Source: Christensenellaceae bacterium
GTDB lineage: Bacteria; Bacillota; Clostridia; Christensenellales; SZUA-584
Direction: 5' to 3'
Length of the DNA: 64,000 nt
Assembly: GCA_963674545.2 (NCBI GenBank)
Contig: CAXXFB010000001.1
Span: forward strand, 6,881 to 70,880
The notes under the pieces were generated by a model. It made no database searches. It saw nothing but the letters and a program-made list of their open reading frames with translations, and was not told the DNA's origin. The position numbers and the translations under genes were made by a program. Below are positions 35,508 through 45,918 of the stretch, piece by piece (position 1 is the first letter of the stretch; each line of letters opens with the position of its first letter).

Positions 35508-36443
35508 ATGAAAGAATTTACATTTGATCCTGCACCTTTTGTGCCGTTTCGTGACAAGGAGGTCATGGACAGGGTACGGAAGATATCAGGCAAGGATCTG
35601 GAAAAACATCCTAATAAGAATTTCAAAATCAAGGTGCTCGTAAATCCGCATCCAATATTTGTTGCAGATATGTTCACTAAGATCAAAGAGTCGGATGAGA
35701 AGGACCAAAACGTAGTCATGGTTCTGCCGAATCCGGAGCCGGATACTTATATGCCGGTTGCAGAACTTATAAACCTGCACCGTGTAGACTGCAGAAACGT
35801 GTATCTGTTTGCGCAGGACGAATGGGCAGACCAGGATGGCAACATAGCCCCAATAACATACAGAGCTGGCTTTGCTTATTCCCTGATAAAATATTTCGTA
35901 ATGCAGATAGATGAAGAGCTGCGTATGCCGATGGAAAACATCATAACGCCTACGAATGAGAATATTGCTGATTACTCAAAACTTATAACAGACAGGGGAG
36001 AGGGCGGAGCAGACATAATATACACAAGCCCCGGCTGGGCAGGACATATAGCGTTTATCGACCCGATAGATGACTGGATGACGGAGAACATTGACGATTA
36101 TCTTAAGCAGGACGCCAAGGTGGTAAACCTTCATCCTTTGACGATAGCACAGAACTCTCTGCACGGGTGCTTCGGGCAGTCCGGCGACATCGGCAATGTA
36201 CCGCCGAAAGCCGCTACTATTGGACCTGCAGATATCGTGAGAGCAAAGCAGCGTATAGAGATACACGCACTGCAGACGAACTTCACGTTCTCTTCATGGC
36301 AGAGGATGACTTCAAGGCTGATACTTCACGGCCCGGTAACTCCGCTAGTGCCAAGCTCTATATTCCAGCTTCTTGACACGAACGTATACGTAAGTGAAGA
36401 AATTGCAGCTCCGTTTGACTGCTGGGAGAAGGTAGGTTATTAA
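35508..36443 (+). CDS. Glucosamine-6-phosphate deaminase/isomerase (NagB)-family protein, long form
   Basis: 311 aa. VMVLPNPEP...YLFAQDEW resembles the NagB LATG..P...F.MDEY core. AGGAGG RBS before ATG 35508 (the ORF-track start 35457 overlaps the upstream gene). Confidence 0.5.
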   Translation: MKEFTFDPAPFVPFRDKEVMDRVRKISGKDLEKHPNKNFKIKVLVNPHPIFVADMFTKIKESDEKDQNVVMVLPNPEPDTYMPVAELINLHRVDCRNVYLFAQDEWADQDGNIAPITYRAGFAYSLIKYFVMQIDEELRMPMENIITPTNENIADYSKLITDRGEGGADIIYTSPGWAGHIAFIDPIDDWMTENIDDYLKQDAKVVNLHPLTIAQNSLHGCFGQSGDIGNVPPKAATIGPADIVRAKQRIEIHALQTNFTFSSWQRMTSRLILHGPVTPLVPSSIFQLLDTNVYVSEEIAAPFDCWEKVGY

Positions 36444-36515
36444 AGTTTAGATTTACGGTGATGGTAAATCAACTTGTTCGTTTGAGTGTAGTTTTGAAAT
36501 TAGAGGTGAAAACCA

Positions 36516-36860
36516 ATGATGGATTTTCCGCAGTTTATAAAAAGAACGGCGAACAAAGTAGATGCCTCGCAGCAATACACTGATGATATAGAAGGCTATT
36601 TCTATATTAGTTCTTTGGGAGGTCAGATAGCATTTTGGACGTGCAGGAAAGACCGCATATCGGAGATGCACAAACATAGTTTTGATGAGTATATAGTAGT
36701 TGTTGAAGGACGTTATATTATATTCACAAAAGAAAATGAAACGGTGTTAAATAAGGGCGATGAGTTACTCATTCAAGCAGGAATACTGCATTGGGGGAAA
36801 TGTTGCGCAGGGACACGTACCATCCACGCATTTGGAGGCAAACGTATATTGGCGGAATAA
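36516..36860 (+). CDS. Cupin-domain protein
   Basis: 114 aa. EMHKHSFDEYIVVVEGRY...GDELLIQAGILHWG is the two-motif cupin pattern. Confidence 0.65.
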   Translation: MMDFPQFIKRTANKVDASQQYTDDIEGYFYISSLGGQIAFWTCRKDRISEMHKHSFDEYIVVVEGRYIIFTKENETVLNKGDELLIQAGILHWGKCCAGTRTIHAFGGKRILAE

Positions 36861-36962
36861 CTGAAAAGAAACATACTTTAAAATGTATGCTTTTTAATAA
36901 AAACATTTTAGATTTCCGGATTTCCGGTGACGGCTTTTCCATTTCGGGAAGGTTCCGGAAAT

Positions 36963-37007
36963 AAAAAAGAGCACCCTGTTTGCGTTAGGCTTGCAGGGCG
37001 CTTTTTT
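36963..37007. terminator. Bidirectional terminator between convergent genes
   Basis: A6 - AGCACCCTG ... CAGGGCGCT - T6 (one mismatch in a 9-bp stem). Confidence 0.6.
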
Positions 37008-37039
37008 ATATTTACTCAATAGTAAGAGCGTAAAGCTGC

Positions 37040-38092
37040 CTAATATAAATCCCTGTATCTATGTACCGCTTCCGACATTGCAATTATATTCTCGGCCTTG
37101 CAGAAGTCGGGTATACTGTTTGAATCGCAGATTATATAACCACCGCCAGGGCCAAGCTCGCTTATCCGCTGTTTTACTTCGGCATCGACTTCCTGCGGCG
37201 TGCCTTTGGAAAGCGTATAGTCGATGTCTATATTGCCAACCAGGCAGAGACTTTTACCGTAGTTTTCTTTCAACCATAGGTAGTCCATAGATTCTTTTTC
37301 TATAGGGTGTATTGCACTTGCGCCGATGTCTATTATGTCCTCCAGCACTGCGCTGTAATCGCCGTCACTGTGGAATATCCAAGGCACGCTGATTGCTGAT
37401 GCAGCTTTTTTCATGGGCTGCTTAAAAAAGTTTCTGAAAACGTTCGGCGAAAACATCAGCCCTGTCGTGTATGCAATGTCGTCGAATGCCCATACGAAAT
37501 CAAAATCAAGCTCGCACAGGTTCTTTAGCAGGCGTTCGCTCCAGCCGGTATACATATCAATAACGCTTTGCAGCAGACCGTCTTCGTCCGCCAGTGAATA
37601 TGCTATAGCTTCCATGCCCATGCTCATTATCGTAGAAGAAGCTCCCAGGCGCACCCTGGCGCCCATTGCAAAATCACCCTTATATCTGTCTATCATCCCG
37701 CTTATTTTTTTCATAAGCGCTTCGTCATCCGGGTCGGGAAGCTGTGCTTTCTCCAGCGCTTCATAGCTGGTCAGCTGTCCGCCCGCAACACAGGCTTCAC
37801 CGCAGGAGACGACCTTGTCTACGAAGAGCGGCGGCAAGACTTGTATCTGTATCGCATCCATTCCCAGCATCTTCGCAGTTGCGGGTACTGTTGTCAGCAC
37901 GGGTTCTATCTCCGCCTTCTCTTCCGTTCCACCCAGCCATCCTGTAATGTTCATACCTGTGACGGTAGGTGCAATGATGCTGTGTCCAACTATCCTTTCC
38001 TGTATGCCCCTCATCATAGTGTTGTACATATAAGGGACAACGTCCGGGGTTTTGCCGTTGAGTGCGGCAACTATGCGCTCTGGTTTGTTCAT
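37040..38092 (-). CDS. Uroporphyrinogen decarboxylase (URO-D) family protein, MtaA/CmuA-like methyltransferase type
   Basis: 350 aa. N-terminal ERIVAALNGKTPDVVPYM and overall length fit URO-D-fold proteins. No corrinoid-protein gene nearby. Recollection-based. Confidence 0.5.
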   Translation of the reverse strand: MNKPERIVAALNGKTPDVVPYMYNTMMRGIQERIVGHSIIAPTVTGMNITGWLGGTEEKAEIEPVLTTVPATAKMLGMDAIQIQVLPPLFVDKVVSCGEACVAGGQLTSYEALEKAQLPDPDDEALMKKISGMIDRYKGDFAMGARVRLGASSTIMSMGMEAIAYSLADEDGLLQSVIDMYTGWSERLLKNLCELDFDFVWAFDDIAYTTGLMFSPNVFRNFFKQPMKKAASAISVPWIFHSDGDYSAVLEDIIDIGASAIHPIEKESMDYLWLKENYGKSLCLVGNIDIDYTLSKGTPQEVDAEVKQRISELGPGGGYIICDSNSIPDFCKAENIIAMSEAVHRYRDLY

Positions 38093-38113
38093 GCTGGCTG
38101 CTCCTTGCTGCTT

Positions 38114-38368
38114 TTATTCTAAAAGATATCCATATCCTTCAGTTTCCATTGATGCAAGCGGTATAAACCGCAGTGAAGCGCTGTTGATGCAGTACCTTAA
38201 ACCGCCTCTGTCTGCCGGTCCGTCGTTGAAAACGTGCCCAAGGTGTGAGTTTCCTGACCGGCTCCTTACTTCTGTCCTTATCATGTTGTAAGAAGTGTCT
38301 TCGTATTCAACTACGACTTCCGGGCTTATTGGTTTTACAAAGCTTGGCCAGCCGCAGCCGGAGTCATA
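38114..38368 (-). pseudogene. msrB: MsrB domain C-terminal part, out of frame with the upstream msrA-msrB reading frame
   Basis: My translation: [71 protein letters not shown]...* (stop 38114-38116). These are the canonical MsrB motifs GCGWPSF, RTEVRS, HLGHVF and RYCINS. It joins the 38364-39239 frame only if the A4 run (T4 on plus strand, 38369-38372) is read as A3. Confidence 0.8.
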
Positions 38369-39239
38369 TTTTGTCTGCTGAAGAGAAAAGTGGCTCTCCC
38401 GTTACGATGTCTACATAGATCCCTTCATCGTGATTGTCGTAATATTCGTTCGAGAAAGAAAATTCTGTGTCACCAAGCTGCGTTACACGATACTGCTCTT
38501 CAGTTAGCATTTGTTTTATAATCTCATCGTCCGGCTTTGGGTAATCCTGCGGGTCTATCACAATTCCTTGCGTTTTTACAGATGGTTTCTCCAGCGGTTC
38601 ATCCGCAAGTGTTACGTCAATATGACAGTAACCGTTGGGGTTCTTCTTCAAATAGTCCTGATGATACTCTTCAGCAAGGTAATAGCCGTCGAGCGGCAGC
38701 ACTTCGGTAACGATGGGCGCTGCATATTTGACCTCCTGGTTTTTGATAGCCTGTTCAATTACCGGCAAGTCAGCTTCATCAGTATAGTAAATACCGCTTC
38801 GGTACTGTGTTCCTCTGTCGTTGCCCTGTTTGTTAAGCGAAGTCGGGTCTACTACCTTGAAAAAATATTCAAGGATATCTGCAAGACTTATCTCTTGTGC
38901 ATTATACAACACATGGACAGTTTCTGCATGTCCTGTGTTTCTGTAGCAAACATCTTCGTATGTCGGGTTTTCTGTGTTGCCGTTTGCGTAGCCAACCGTT
39001 GCATCAACGACACCGTCTACCCGGGACATGTATTCTTCCAGCCCCCAGAAACAGCCTCCTGCAAGGTATATTTCATTTGTAGCTTGTGCTGCTACTTCAT
39101 TGCTTGTATCCATTTCATTATCCTCCGTAACATCCTGCGTGTTCTGTGTATCCGAACCGGCAGGTACCCCGGCGCTGCATGCTGCGAGTGCTACAGTCAG
39201 CACAGCCGCCACTACTAATAATATCAGACCCCTTTTCAT
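38364..39239 (-). CDS. msrA: Lipoprotein peptide-methionine sulfoxide reductase MsrA fused to the N-terminal part of MsrB (frame ends prematurely)
   Basis: Lipobox LTVALAACS. MsrA motifs [32 protein letters not shown] and EYHQDYL. Then the MsrB start [46 protein letters not shown], followed by a premature TGA. Confidence 0.85.
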   Translation of the reverse strand: MKRGLILLVVAAVLTVALAACSAGVPAGSDTQNTQDVTEDNEMDTSNEVAAQATNEIYLAGGCFWGLEEYMSRVDGVVDATVGYANGNTENPTYEDVCYRNTGHAETVHVLYNAQEISLADILEYFFKVVDPTSLNKQGNDRGTQYRSGIYYTDEADLPVIEQAIKNQEVKYAAPIVTEVLPLDGYYLAEEYHQDYLKKNPNGYCHIDVTLADEPLEKPSVKTQGIVIDPQDYPKPDDEIIKQMLTEEQYRVTQLGDTEFSFSNEYYDNHDEGIYVDIVTGEPLFSSADKI

Positions 39240-39243
39240 TATA

Positions 39244-39744
39244 CTATCCTTCCCGGATACTTTCGAGTGTTTCAATTATCTCGTCATTGTCCTGATGCCC
39301 CGGATGAATTTTAACTATGTTGGCATCGGCATCCAGATAAAAATATGTTGGATAAGCCCTTACTCCAAATTCATTTTTAATCAAATCTATGGTGTCAAGA
39401 AGTACGGTCATATCTTTGTAATCATCAAGCGAAAGGAACCACTTCGAAAAATCCTCTTCATTCATTTCTCCGCTTCTGCCCGGTTCAACGATAGAGATGA
39501 CATTGGCATCAATATCCATGGCAGACAGCTCGTTATACTGTTTTAGCCCTGAAAGGCATATGGAACACCAGGAAGCCCAAACTTTAATGACAGTAGGCTT
39601 GCCTTTAAGAGCTGCAAGTTTGAACTCATTTGTGTTAACGTCTTTGAGACTCTTTTCTGTCCAGCGTTCATTCTGAGCATCCGGGCCAGCGCATCCGGCA
39701 AGAAGCATCACAGACGCAAACAATATCGTAAAAACTTTTTTCAT
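39244..39744 (-). CDS. TlpA/ResA-like thioredoxin-fold lipoprotein (extracytoplasmic thiol-disulfide oxidoreductase)
   Basis: Lipobox VMLLAGC. Active site WASWCSIC. 166 aa. Lies directly upstream of msrAB on the same strand. Confidence 0.85.
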   Translation of the reverse strand: MKKVFTILFASVMLLAGCAGPDAQNERWTEKSLKDVNTNEFKLAALKGKPTVIKVWASWCSICLSGLKQYNELSAMDIDANVISIVEPGRSGEMNEEDFSKWFLSLDDYKDMTVLLDTIDLIKNEFGVRAYPTYFYLDADANIVKIHPGHQDNDEIIETLESIREG

Positions 39745-39911
39745 AGCATAATCCCCCCTTATATGTAGTTATATTGTATAACGTTGGGGGTGTTTTGAAT
39801 ATGGCTAATCAGTAATAGTTACTGTTTATTAACAGTTTAGACTTTTTTTTGCCTTGCAGCTGCTGTCACTGTTATGATATTGTATCTCTGACCAAATAAA
39901 CGGAGGCATGT

Positions 39912-40853
39912 ATGAGAAAAATAGACATTACAGGTGTTTGCCTGAACCCCAGTATAGACAGAGCCCTGACGATAGAAGGTTTTGAATACGGTGGTACAAA
40001 TCGTGTTCTCAGCATAGTAGATTATGCCGGGGGAAAAGGTTTCAACGTTGCAATAGCAGCCAGAAAGCTCGGTCTTAAATCGGCAGCAACAGGCTTTGTT
40101 TTTGAGGAGAACGGAGGGATAGTTTTACGCTCTCTTGAAGCGGAGGGAGTAGACAATCAAACTCTGACTATTCCCGGAAGCGTAAGAGTCAACCTTAAGG
40201 TATATGATAAGAAAACACAGGTCGTAACAGAACTAAACAGCAAAGGTGAGCATGTCGGTGAAAACGTTCAGGAAAGACTTTTAGAAAAGATAGTAGAGCT
40301 GGCAGCGATTTCGGAATATATGGTTTTTGGAGGCAGCGTTGCGCCCGGGTTGAATGATGTCATCTATTTTAAATTGATAGAAGCTGCTGCAAGGCGCGGC
40401 TGTAGGTGTATACTCGATGCTGAGGGAGAGCTTCTAAAAAAGGGTGTAGAATCAAAGCCGTTTATGATAAAACCGAACTTGTTTGAGCTTCAGATGCTGA
40501 CGGGGCAGGAACTTAGCAGCACTGGCGAAATAAAGGCGGCAGCTCTGAAGATAATAGGCAGCGGAGTACAAATAGTCATGATTTCTCTTGGCGGGGATGG
40601 AGCAATGATAGTAAAAGAAGACGAAGCATGGTTTGCGCAGGGAATCAAAGTGGCTGTTAAGAACACAGTTGGTGCAGGCGACACTATGGTTTCGGGTGCG
40701 GTAAAGGGGCTGCTGGCAGGCGGGAGCGCACAGGAAGTGCTCCGTCAGGCAGTGGCAGCGGCGACGTGCAGCATTACGCAGGAGGGCACAGGCCTTACTG
40801 ATACCTTAGCGCTTTCTGAAATATATAAAAACATCAAAATAGCTAAAATCTGA
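39912..40853 (+). CDS. PfkB-family 1-phosphofructokinase / tagatose-6-phosphate kinase
   Basis: NPSIDR, GGKGFNVA, ISLGGDGA and TVGAGDTMVSG motifs of the FruK/LacC subfamily. Confidence 0.8.
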   Translation: MRKIDITGVCLNPSIDRALTIEGFEYGGTNRVLSIVDYAGGKGFNVAIAARKLGLKSAATGFVFEENGGIVLRSLEAEGVDNQTLTIPGSVRVNLKVYDKKTQVVTELNSKGEHVGENVQERLLEKIVELAAISEYMVFGGSVAPGLNDVIYFKLIEAAARRGCRCILDAEGELLKKGVESKPFMIKPNLFELQMLTGQELSSTGEIKAAALKIIGSGVQIVMISLGGDGAMIVKEDEAWFAQGIKVAVKNTVGAGDTMVSGAVKGLLAGGSAQEVLRQAVAAATCSITQEGTGLTDTLALSEIYKNIKIAKI

Positions 40854-40880
40854 TTTTTTAAGATAACAAAAAAATATTTG

Positions 40881-40909
40881 TTGCGCAGCAGTTTATTCTG
40901 CGCTATAAT
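40881..40909 (+). promoter_or_regulatory. Sigma-A-type promoter with embedded dyad, upstream of the XRE-cupin regulator
   Basis: TTGCGC (40881-40886), 17-nt spacer, TATAAT (40904-40909). The inverted repeat GCGCAG-N10-CTGCGC spans the spacer, so it is a possible auto-operator. Confidence 0.5.
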
Positions 40910-40973
40910 TAAGTTGCATAAAAGGAAACATTAGAATAAATAATATTCATTAAAGAAAACTTTTGGAGTTGAT

Positions 40974-41522
40974 ATGAATACAGAACTAATAAGACAGAAA
41001 AGACAGCAGAAAAATATAACTTTAGAACAGCTTGCTAAAAGAACAGGCTTTTCAAAAGGCTATCTTTCCAAGATTGAGAATGCCGAGAGCCTGCCTCCTT
41101 TTCCGACCATGCAGAAGATAGCCAATGCCTTGGGCGAAGAGCTTACTCAGTTTATAAAGAGCAAGGATAAAAAGCAGATAAGCAGCAATCTCGATGTCAT
41201 AATAGCAGGAGAGGATGATGATATCATGCAATCCATCGGCGGATATTCATATCAGAAGATGGTAACGAGTTATGATAACAAGTATATGTCGCCGCTGCTT
41301 ATGCAGATAGAGCCGGGCAGGACGGGTGATTTAAAACATGACGGTGAAGAATTCGTTTTCGTTGTAAAAGGCACCGCTGTGCTCGAATATGAAGGAGAGA
41401 GATATAATCTGCCTGAAAGAAGCGGGGCATATCTAGACTCTCGTATTAAGCACGTTTTTATAAACAATGCGGAAGAACCGCTGATATTGCTGGCGATCAA
41501 CTATAACTACAGAAGATTTTAG
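40974..41522 (+). CDS. XRE-family HTH regulator with C-terminal cupin sensor domain
   Basis: ITLEQLAKRTGFSKGYLSKIENAES (HTH_3), then the cupin GDLKHDGEEFVFVVKGTAVLE...HVFIN. Confidence 0.85.
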   Translation: MNTELIRQKRQQKNITLEQLAKRTGFSKGYLSKIENAESLPPFPTMQKIANALGEELTQFIKSKDKKQISSNLDVIIAGEDDDIMQSIGGYSYQKMVTSYDNKYMSPLLMQIEPGRTGDLKHDGEEFVFVVKGTAVLEYEGERYNLPERSGAYLDSRIKHVFINNAEEPLILLAINYNYRRF

Positions 41523-41534
41523 AGGAGGAAACTC

Positions 41535-42800
41535 ATGAGGATCTATAAGAACGGCGGACACAGGCTTTTTGAGAGCGACCCGGAAACGAGCAGGATAGTT
41601 TCGGAACTTCTGCTGGAACTCGAACGGGACGGAATGGATGCAGTAAGGAAATACAGCAGCAAATTCGACGAATGGAATCCTGATAGCTTCGAGCTTACGG
41701 AAAAACAGATAAGCGAATCTATTGCTACGCTGGATGCGCAGATAATCGAGGATACGGATTTCTGCCAGAACAACGTAAGGCAGTTTGCAAATGCGCAGCT
41801 CTCAACGATGACACAGCTGGAATATAAACCGGACGGAGGCATAACGCTTGGTCACAAGCACATACCTGTTAAAAATGTGGGCAGTTATATACCGGGAGGC
41901 AGATACCCAATGTTCGGTTCAGCCCAGATGAGTATAATCCCGGCAAAGGTTGCCGGAGTGGATACAGTTGTTGCATGTACACCGCCGGTAAAAGGACAGG
42001 GGTATTATGCAGCTACGGTCAACGCAATGAAGAAGGCAGGAGCGGACAGGATATTCATACTCGGAGGAGTTCAGGCTTTTGCGCTTATGGCTTTCGGGAT
42101 GGATGAAGTAGAGCCGGTTGACATACTATGCGGTGCAGGAAATAAATTCGTAGCCGAGGCAAAACGCCAGCTTTTCGGCAGGTGCGGAATAGACTTGCTT
42201 GCCGGTCCGACAGAGATAATGGTGATAGCGGATGATAGCGCAGATCCGAAAATAGTAGCATGTGACCTTCTGGGACAGGCGGAGCACGACCCGAACAGCG
42301 GTATAGCGCTAGTCTGTTTCTCAGAAAAATTCGCTGTAGAAACGCTGCAGGAGCTTGAGAGACAGCTTGAGGTGCTGCCCACCAAAGATGTAGCACAGGT
42401 TTCATGGGCAAACAACGGGATTATATATATAGCTGATGATAAAGAAGAAGCGGTAAGGATTGCGGACGACTATGCACCGGAGCATCTGGAAGTGCAGACG
42501 ACAGATGACGATTACTATCTTGAGAACCTTCGCAATTACGGTTCGCTTTTTGTGGGGGAGGAGACTACTGTTGCATACGGTGATAAATCTATCGGAACGA
42601 ACCACATACTTCCGACTAGCAGGGCAGCAAGATACACCGGCGGAGTATGGGTAGGCAAATTTCTTAAGACCGTGACGTATCAGAGGATGACGAAACAAGC
42701 AAGCGTTAAGATAGGAGAAGTAACACAGCGCCAGTGCGAAATTGAGCGGATGCTGGCGCACGGCTTGACAGCAAAGATGAGAATCGATAAATATAACTAG
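41535..42800 (+). CDS. Histidinol-dehydrogenase-family (HisD-like) NAD-dependent four-electron dehydrogenase, non-histidine context
   Basis: 421 aa. Zn/catalytic motifs are conserved: LLGQAEHDPNS, DYAPEHLEV, GTNHILPT. No other his genes adjacent. Confidence 0.8.
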   Translation: MRIYKNGGHRLFESDPETSRIVSELLLELERDGMDAVRKYSSKFDEWNPDSFELTEKQISESIATLDAQIIEDTDFCQNNVRQFANAQLSTMTQLEYKPDGGITLGHKHIPVKNVGSYIPGGRYPMFGSAQMSIIPAKVAGVDTVVACTPPVKGQGYYAATVNAMKKAGADRIFILGGVQAFALMAFGMDEVEPVDILCGAGNKFVAEAKRQLFGRCGIDLLAGPTEIMVIADDSADPKIVACDLLGQAEHDPNSGIALVCFSEKFAVETLQELERQLEVLPTKDVAQVSWANNGIIYIADDKEEAVRIADDYAPEHLEVQTTDDDYYLENLRNYGSLFVGEETTVAYGDKSIGTNHILPTSRAARYTGGVWVGKFLKTVTYQRMTKQASVKIGEVTQRQCEIERMLAHGLTAKMRIDKYN

Positions 42801-42883
42801 AAACCAGCGCTTATATTCGTTATGAAACAAAAGCTAATATTATAAGTTCATTATGTTTTCTTCCTGTCAGAAACATTGGCAGG

Positions 42884-43933
42884 TTATTTTTTTACACTTT
42901 TGAGCAGCTTAATACCGTTATCATAAAATATACTATTCAGTTCGGTTTCCGAGAGCCCGGCCAGGTTTGCGGCATGCTCCACAGCGATTGCTATTTCGTG
43001 CGCCATGTAGGTGGCGTTCATGCTGTTTGAAAGCACCCTGAAGTCGCTCTTTTCGTAGCCTTCAAGTACGATGTCTACCCAGTGGTCTTTGACGGTGACT
43101 CGTCTGCCTTTCATTGCCGCAACGGGAAGGTCGGTAGCATAGACAAATCTGCCTGCGCCCATTTCTCTTAGGGCAAGAGTGATGGAAACAGCGTCCATTA
43201 CCATAGAAGTGTCCATACTCACATTATTAAGGTCTGCAACGCTTGATATAGCCTGTCTCATATGATGAGGGTCATAACATCTGCCGCAGTGAGCAAGCAC
43301 TATCTTTGCTTTAGGATACTGCTTTGCAAGTCTCCTGACGCCTGAGCCGATCTCCGGGTCTGCCAGTCTCAAAGAGCGTGGGACATGCAGCAGGACTATC
43401 AGCCCGAGCTCGTTTGCAATGTCCATCTCATCAGGCAAAAGCATATCGTCTACAGTTACTTTGCCGTAATCATTTCCTACCCAGTTAAGGAACACTTTAT
43501 AGCCGTAAAAACCGCCTTTGGTAACGCTGCTGTAGATCGTTTCGGCAGGTACACAGCCGCCTCCGCATACAAGGAGCGGAAAGTATCTGCCGTCTTCGGC
43601 TATGCTTTTCACGTATTCGTTCGTTTTATCTATATGTACCGCAGGAGTAGGCTGACCGAAACACACTGCACTGCACTCCTTGTCCGGAAATATATCTGCA
43701 AGGTCGCTCTTTAGCTGCTGCATGGTATACTGTGTTTTCGTCACCATATATTTTGCTGTTTCGAATTTGCCAAAGGCGTCGCTGGACGTCACAGTGACGG
43801 AGTTTTCGCTGCCCAGCCATTGGTCAGCTTTCCATATATGAGCGTGGAAATCTAGTATTCGGTCCGGGAGAATAGAAGAGACTCTCTGCTCATAGAATGT
43901 TTTGCCGATGCGGTCTTTTTGCTGAGTGCTCAT
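42884..43933 (-). CDS. Amidohydrolase-2 (PF04909-type TIM-barrel metal hydrolase/decarboxylase/lactonase)
   Basis: DFHAHIW (HxH), LLHVPR, LAHCGRC and ATDLP metal-ligand pattern. Confidence 0.7.
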   Translation of the reverse strand: MSTQQKDRIGKTFYEQRVSSILPDRILDFHAHIWKADQWLGSENSVTVTSSDAFGKFETAKYMVTKTQYTMQQLKSDLADIFPDKECSAVCFGQPTPAVHIDKTNEYVKSIAEDGRYFPLLVCGGGCVPAETIYSSVTKGGFYGYKVFLNWVGNDYGKVTVDDMLLPDEMDIANELGLIVLLHVPRSLRLADPEIGSGVRRLAKQYPKAKIVLAHCGRCYDPHHMRQAISSVADLNNVSMDTSMVMDAVSITLALREMGAGRFVYATDLPVAAMKGRRVTVKDHWVDIVLEGYEKSDFRVLSNSMNATYMAHEIAIAVEHAANLAGLSETELNSIFYDNGIKLLKSVKK

Positions 43934-44139
43934 ATAAAACCTCCGTTATTTTTTTATTCACATACAGAATAGGATATATTAGATTCCCGGGCAAGCCTAT
44001 TTTAAAAAACATAGTTTAATAAACAAATTTTGCTAAGATACTTTTAAAAAGAATGCAGTTCTGTTTAAAGGAACTCTTCTCTTTACTAAGATGAGTAATT
44101 GTAATATACTGTTGAATATATTTTTATAGGAGGCATAGC

Positions 44140-45687
44140 GTGGTAAAGAATACGAGCAATTCACTTATTGACCTTCTGGGCAAAGAATACTGCGAAACAA
44201 TAGCGAAAACGGCAACGGCGCTTCACGGCATTTCAGAGCAACGAGCAAAGGAGCTCATTTCGACCAAGGTAGATTTTTTTCCGGATGACTACAAAGATAG
44301 GATAGAGACACTTTCTGAAAAGATAGGCGAGCAGATTTTTGAAGCTTTTGAAAACGATAATAAAGGCGCGTCTACCGAAGGATATAACAAAGTGACTAAT
44401 ACCAATGCATCGCCTATCGGCTGCATCGGACCATATAGAGTGGGGGAGGACGGGCGGCTTTACCTTGCCGCAAAGAGCGAACACTACCACATACCGGTAG
44501 GACATAACTTTCCCGGCTATAAACTTATCAACTTTGCAAGAGAACTTGGCATACCAAACGCAACGCATAACAACACAAGAGGCTATATAGCTCGAAGTCT
44601 TGAAACAAAACTGATATGTGAGATAAATAATATCAAAGAGTGTGGACAGGAACTGAAAGAAATCCTTGCATCGAAACAGCCAAAGGTACTCAACCGTATC
44701 CTCAACATAGAAACAGGCAGCCTTGCATGCGAAGCTGGTATAAAGATGATGATGACCAGATTCTATGCGCAGGACAACCTGACAAAACCTGCTGTCCACA
44801 AAGGCAAAGTTCCGGTGTTTTTCGTTATGGCAGACAGTGGCGGCGGATTTGAAGCGAACTATCACGGCACAACAATAATTGCGCAGACGATGCGCGGGTT
44901 GTGGCCAAAGTTCTATCAGGAAAACGATAAGAATGATATATACAAGATAGTCGGCGTAGCGATAAACGACATTGATGACTTCAAAAAGAAAATACAGAAG
45001 TATAATAAGGGCAAGTATAAAACAGCGGGTTTTCTGCATGAGCTCGTTTTAATGAACTATGGCGCTGTTAAGCTGGATGAAGAATATATAAGGCAGGCCT
45101 ACGATCTGTGCGAACAGTATGATACACCAACTATGTGTGATGAGATACAGTCGTGCATGTGGTATCCTGGTATGTTCTTGTTCAAAATATACGGCTTAAA
45201 ACCCGATTTTGTAATCCTTGGAAAGGGCTTTTCAGGTGGTGAGTATCCATCTTCCAAGATAATAACAACATATGAGATGGACAGCATGAGCCAGTTTGGT
45301 GCACTTGTAACAAACGGTCAGCAAGAGCTTTCCAGCCTTGCTTACCTTATAACCATGAAATTTTTTGCTGACAATACGGAAGAGATCGGCGCACTTGGTG
45401 CAACTATCGAAAAACTGCTGGAAGGCTTAAAGCAAAGACACGGAGGCTTAATAAAGAAGATAGAAGGTAAAGGACATTTGCTTGCACTTCATTTTGACTC
45501 GCTTGAAGATGCGGGTAAGTTCGCCAAGATTGTTAATGCAATGTGCATAGATGTAAGCGCTCAGACTTATAAACCAAACTGCCCACCGGCGGCGCTGCTG
45601 AAACTCCCTGTGATAATGAGCGAAGAGCTTCTCAAGACAATGGTGAAAAAATTCGAATCAGTTTTAGCGCAGATGGAATCAGAGTAA
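44140..45687 (+). CDS. Class III (omega) aminotransferase-like PLP enzyme, long form
   Basis: 515 aa. CDEIQSCMWYPGMFLF and FVILGKGFSGGEYP parallel the DE(V/I)QTG...GK.L.GG signature (PLP Lys present). GTG start with AGGAGG RBS. Confidence 0.6.
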   Translation: MVKNTSNSLIDLLGKEYCETIAKTATALHGISEQRAKELISTKVDFFPDDYKDRIETLSEKIGEQIFEAFENDNKGASTEGYNKVTNTNASPIGCIGPYRVGEDGRLYLAAKSEHYHIPVGHNFPGYKLINFARELGIPNATHNNTRGYIARSLETKLICEINNIKECGQELKEILASKQPKVLNRILNIETGSLACEAGIKMMMTRFYAQDNLTKPAVHKGKVPVFFVMADSGGGFEANYHGTTIIAQTMRGLWPKFYQENDKNDIYKIVGVAINDIDDFKKKIQKYNKGKYKTAGFLHELVLMNYGAVKLDEEYIRQAYDLCEQYDTPTMCDEIQSCMWYPGMFLFKIYGLKPDFVILGKGFSGGEYPSSKIITTYEMDSMSQFGALVTNGQQELSSLAYLITMKFFADNTEEIGALGATIEKLLEGLKQRHGGLIKKIEGKGHLLALHFDSLEDAGKFAKIVNAMCIDVSAQTYKPNCPPAALLKLPVIMSEELLKTMVKKFESVLAQMESE

Positions 45688-45701
45688 TTGTTAAAATGAA
45701 G

Positions 45702-45732
45702 GGCTGTGCCGTAAAAAGTGCAGCCTATTTTT
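45702..45732 (+). terminator. Rho-independent terminator
   Basis: GGCTGTGC-CGTAAAAA-GTGCAGCC (two G-U pairs) followed by TATTTTT. Confidence 0.55.
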
Positions 45733-45918
45733 ATTTGTTTACACATACAAAATAGACTTTTTCTATTTTTTCGCTGCAACATATTGACTGTACAAAAATT
45801 AGCGTGTATGCTGATAGGGAAAACGGACGTTGAGTTAGTAAATATAGTCAAAATATTGTCACGATTTTTAGCGTTTAGCTAATCACTATAAACAATAAAG
45901 AAAGAGGTTTGTCAAAAG

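Noticed and set aside
38511-39218. 235-aa plus-strand ORF
   Set aside because: It is antisense to msrA, whose motifs are unambiguous. The composition is not protein-like.
44233-45039. 268-aa minus-strand ORF
   Set aside because: It is antisense to the aminotransferase-like gene. The product is Cys/Phe/Tyr-rich junk-like sequence with no RBS.
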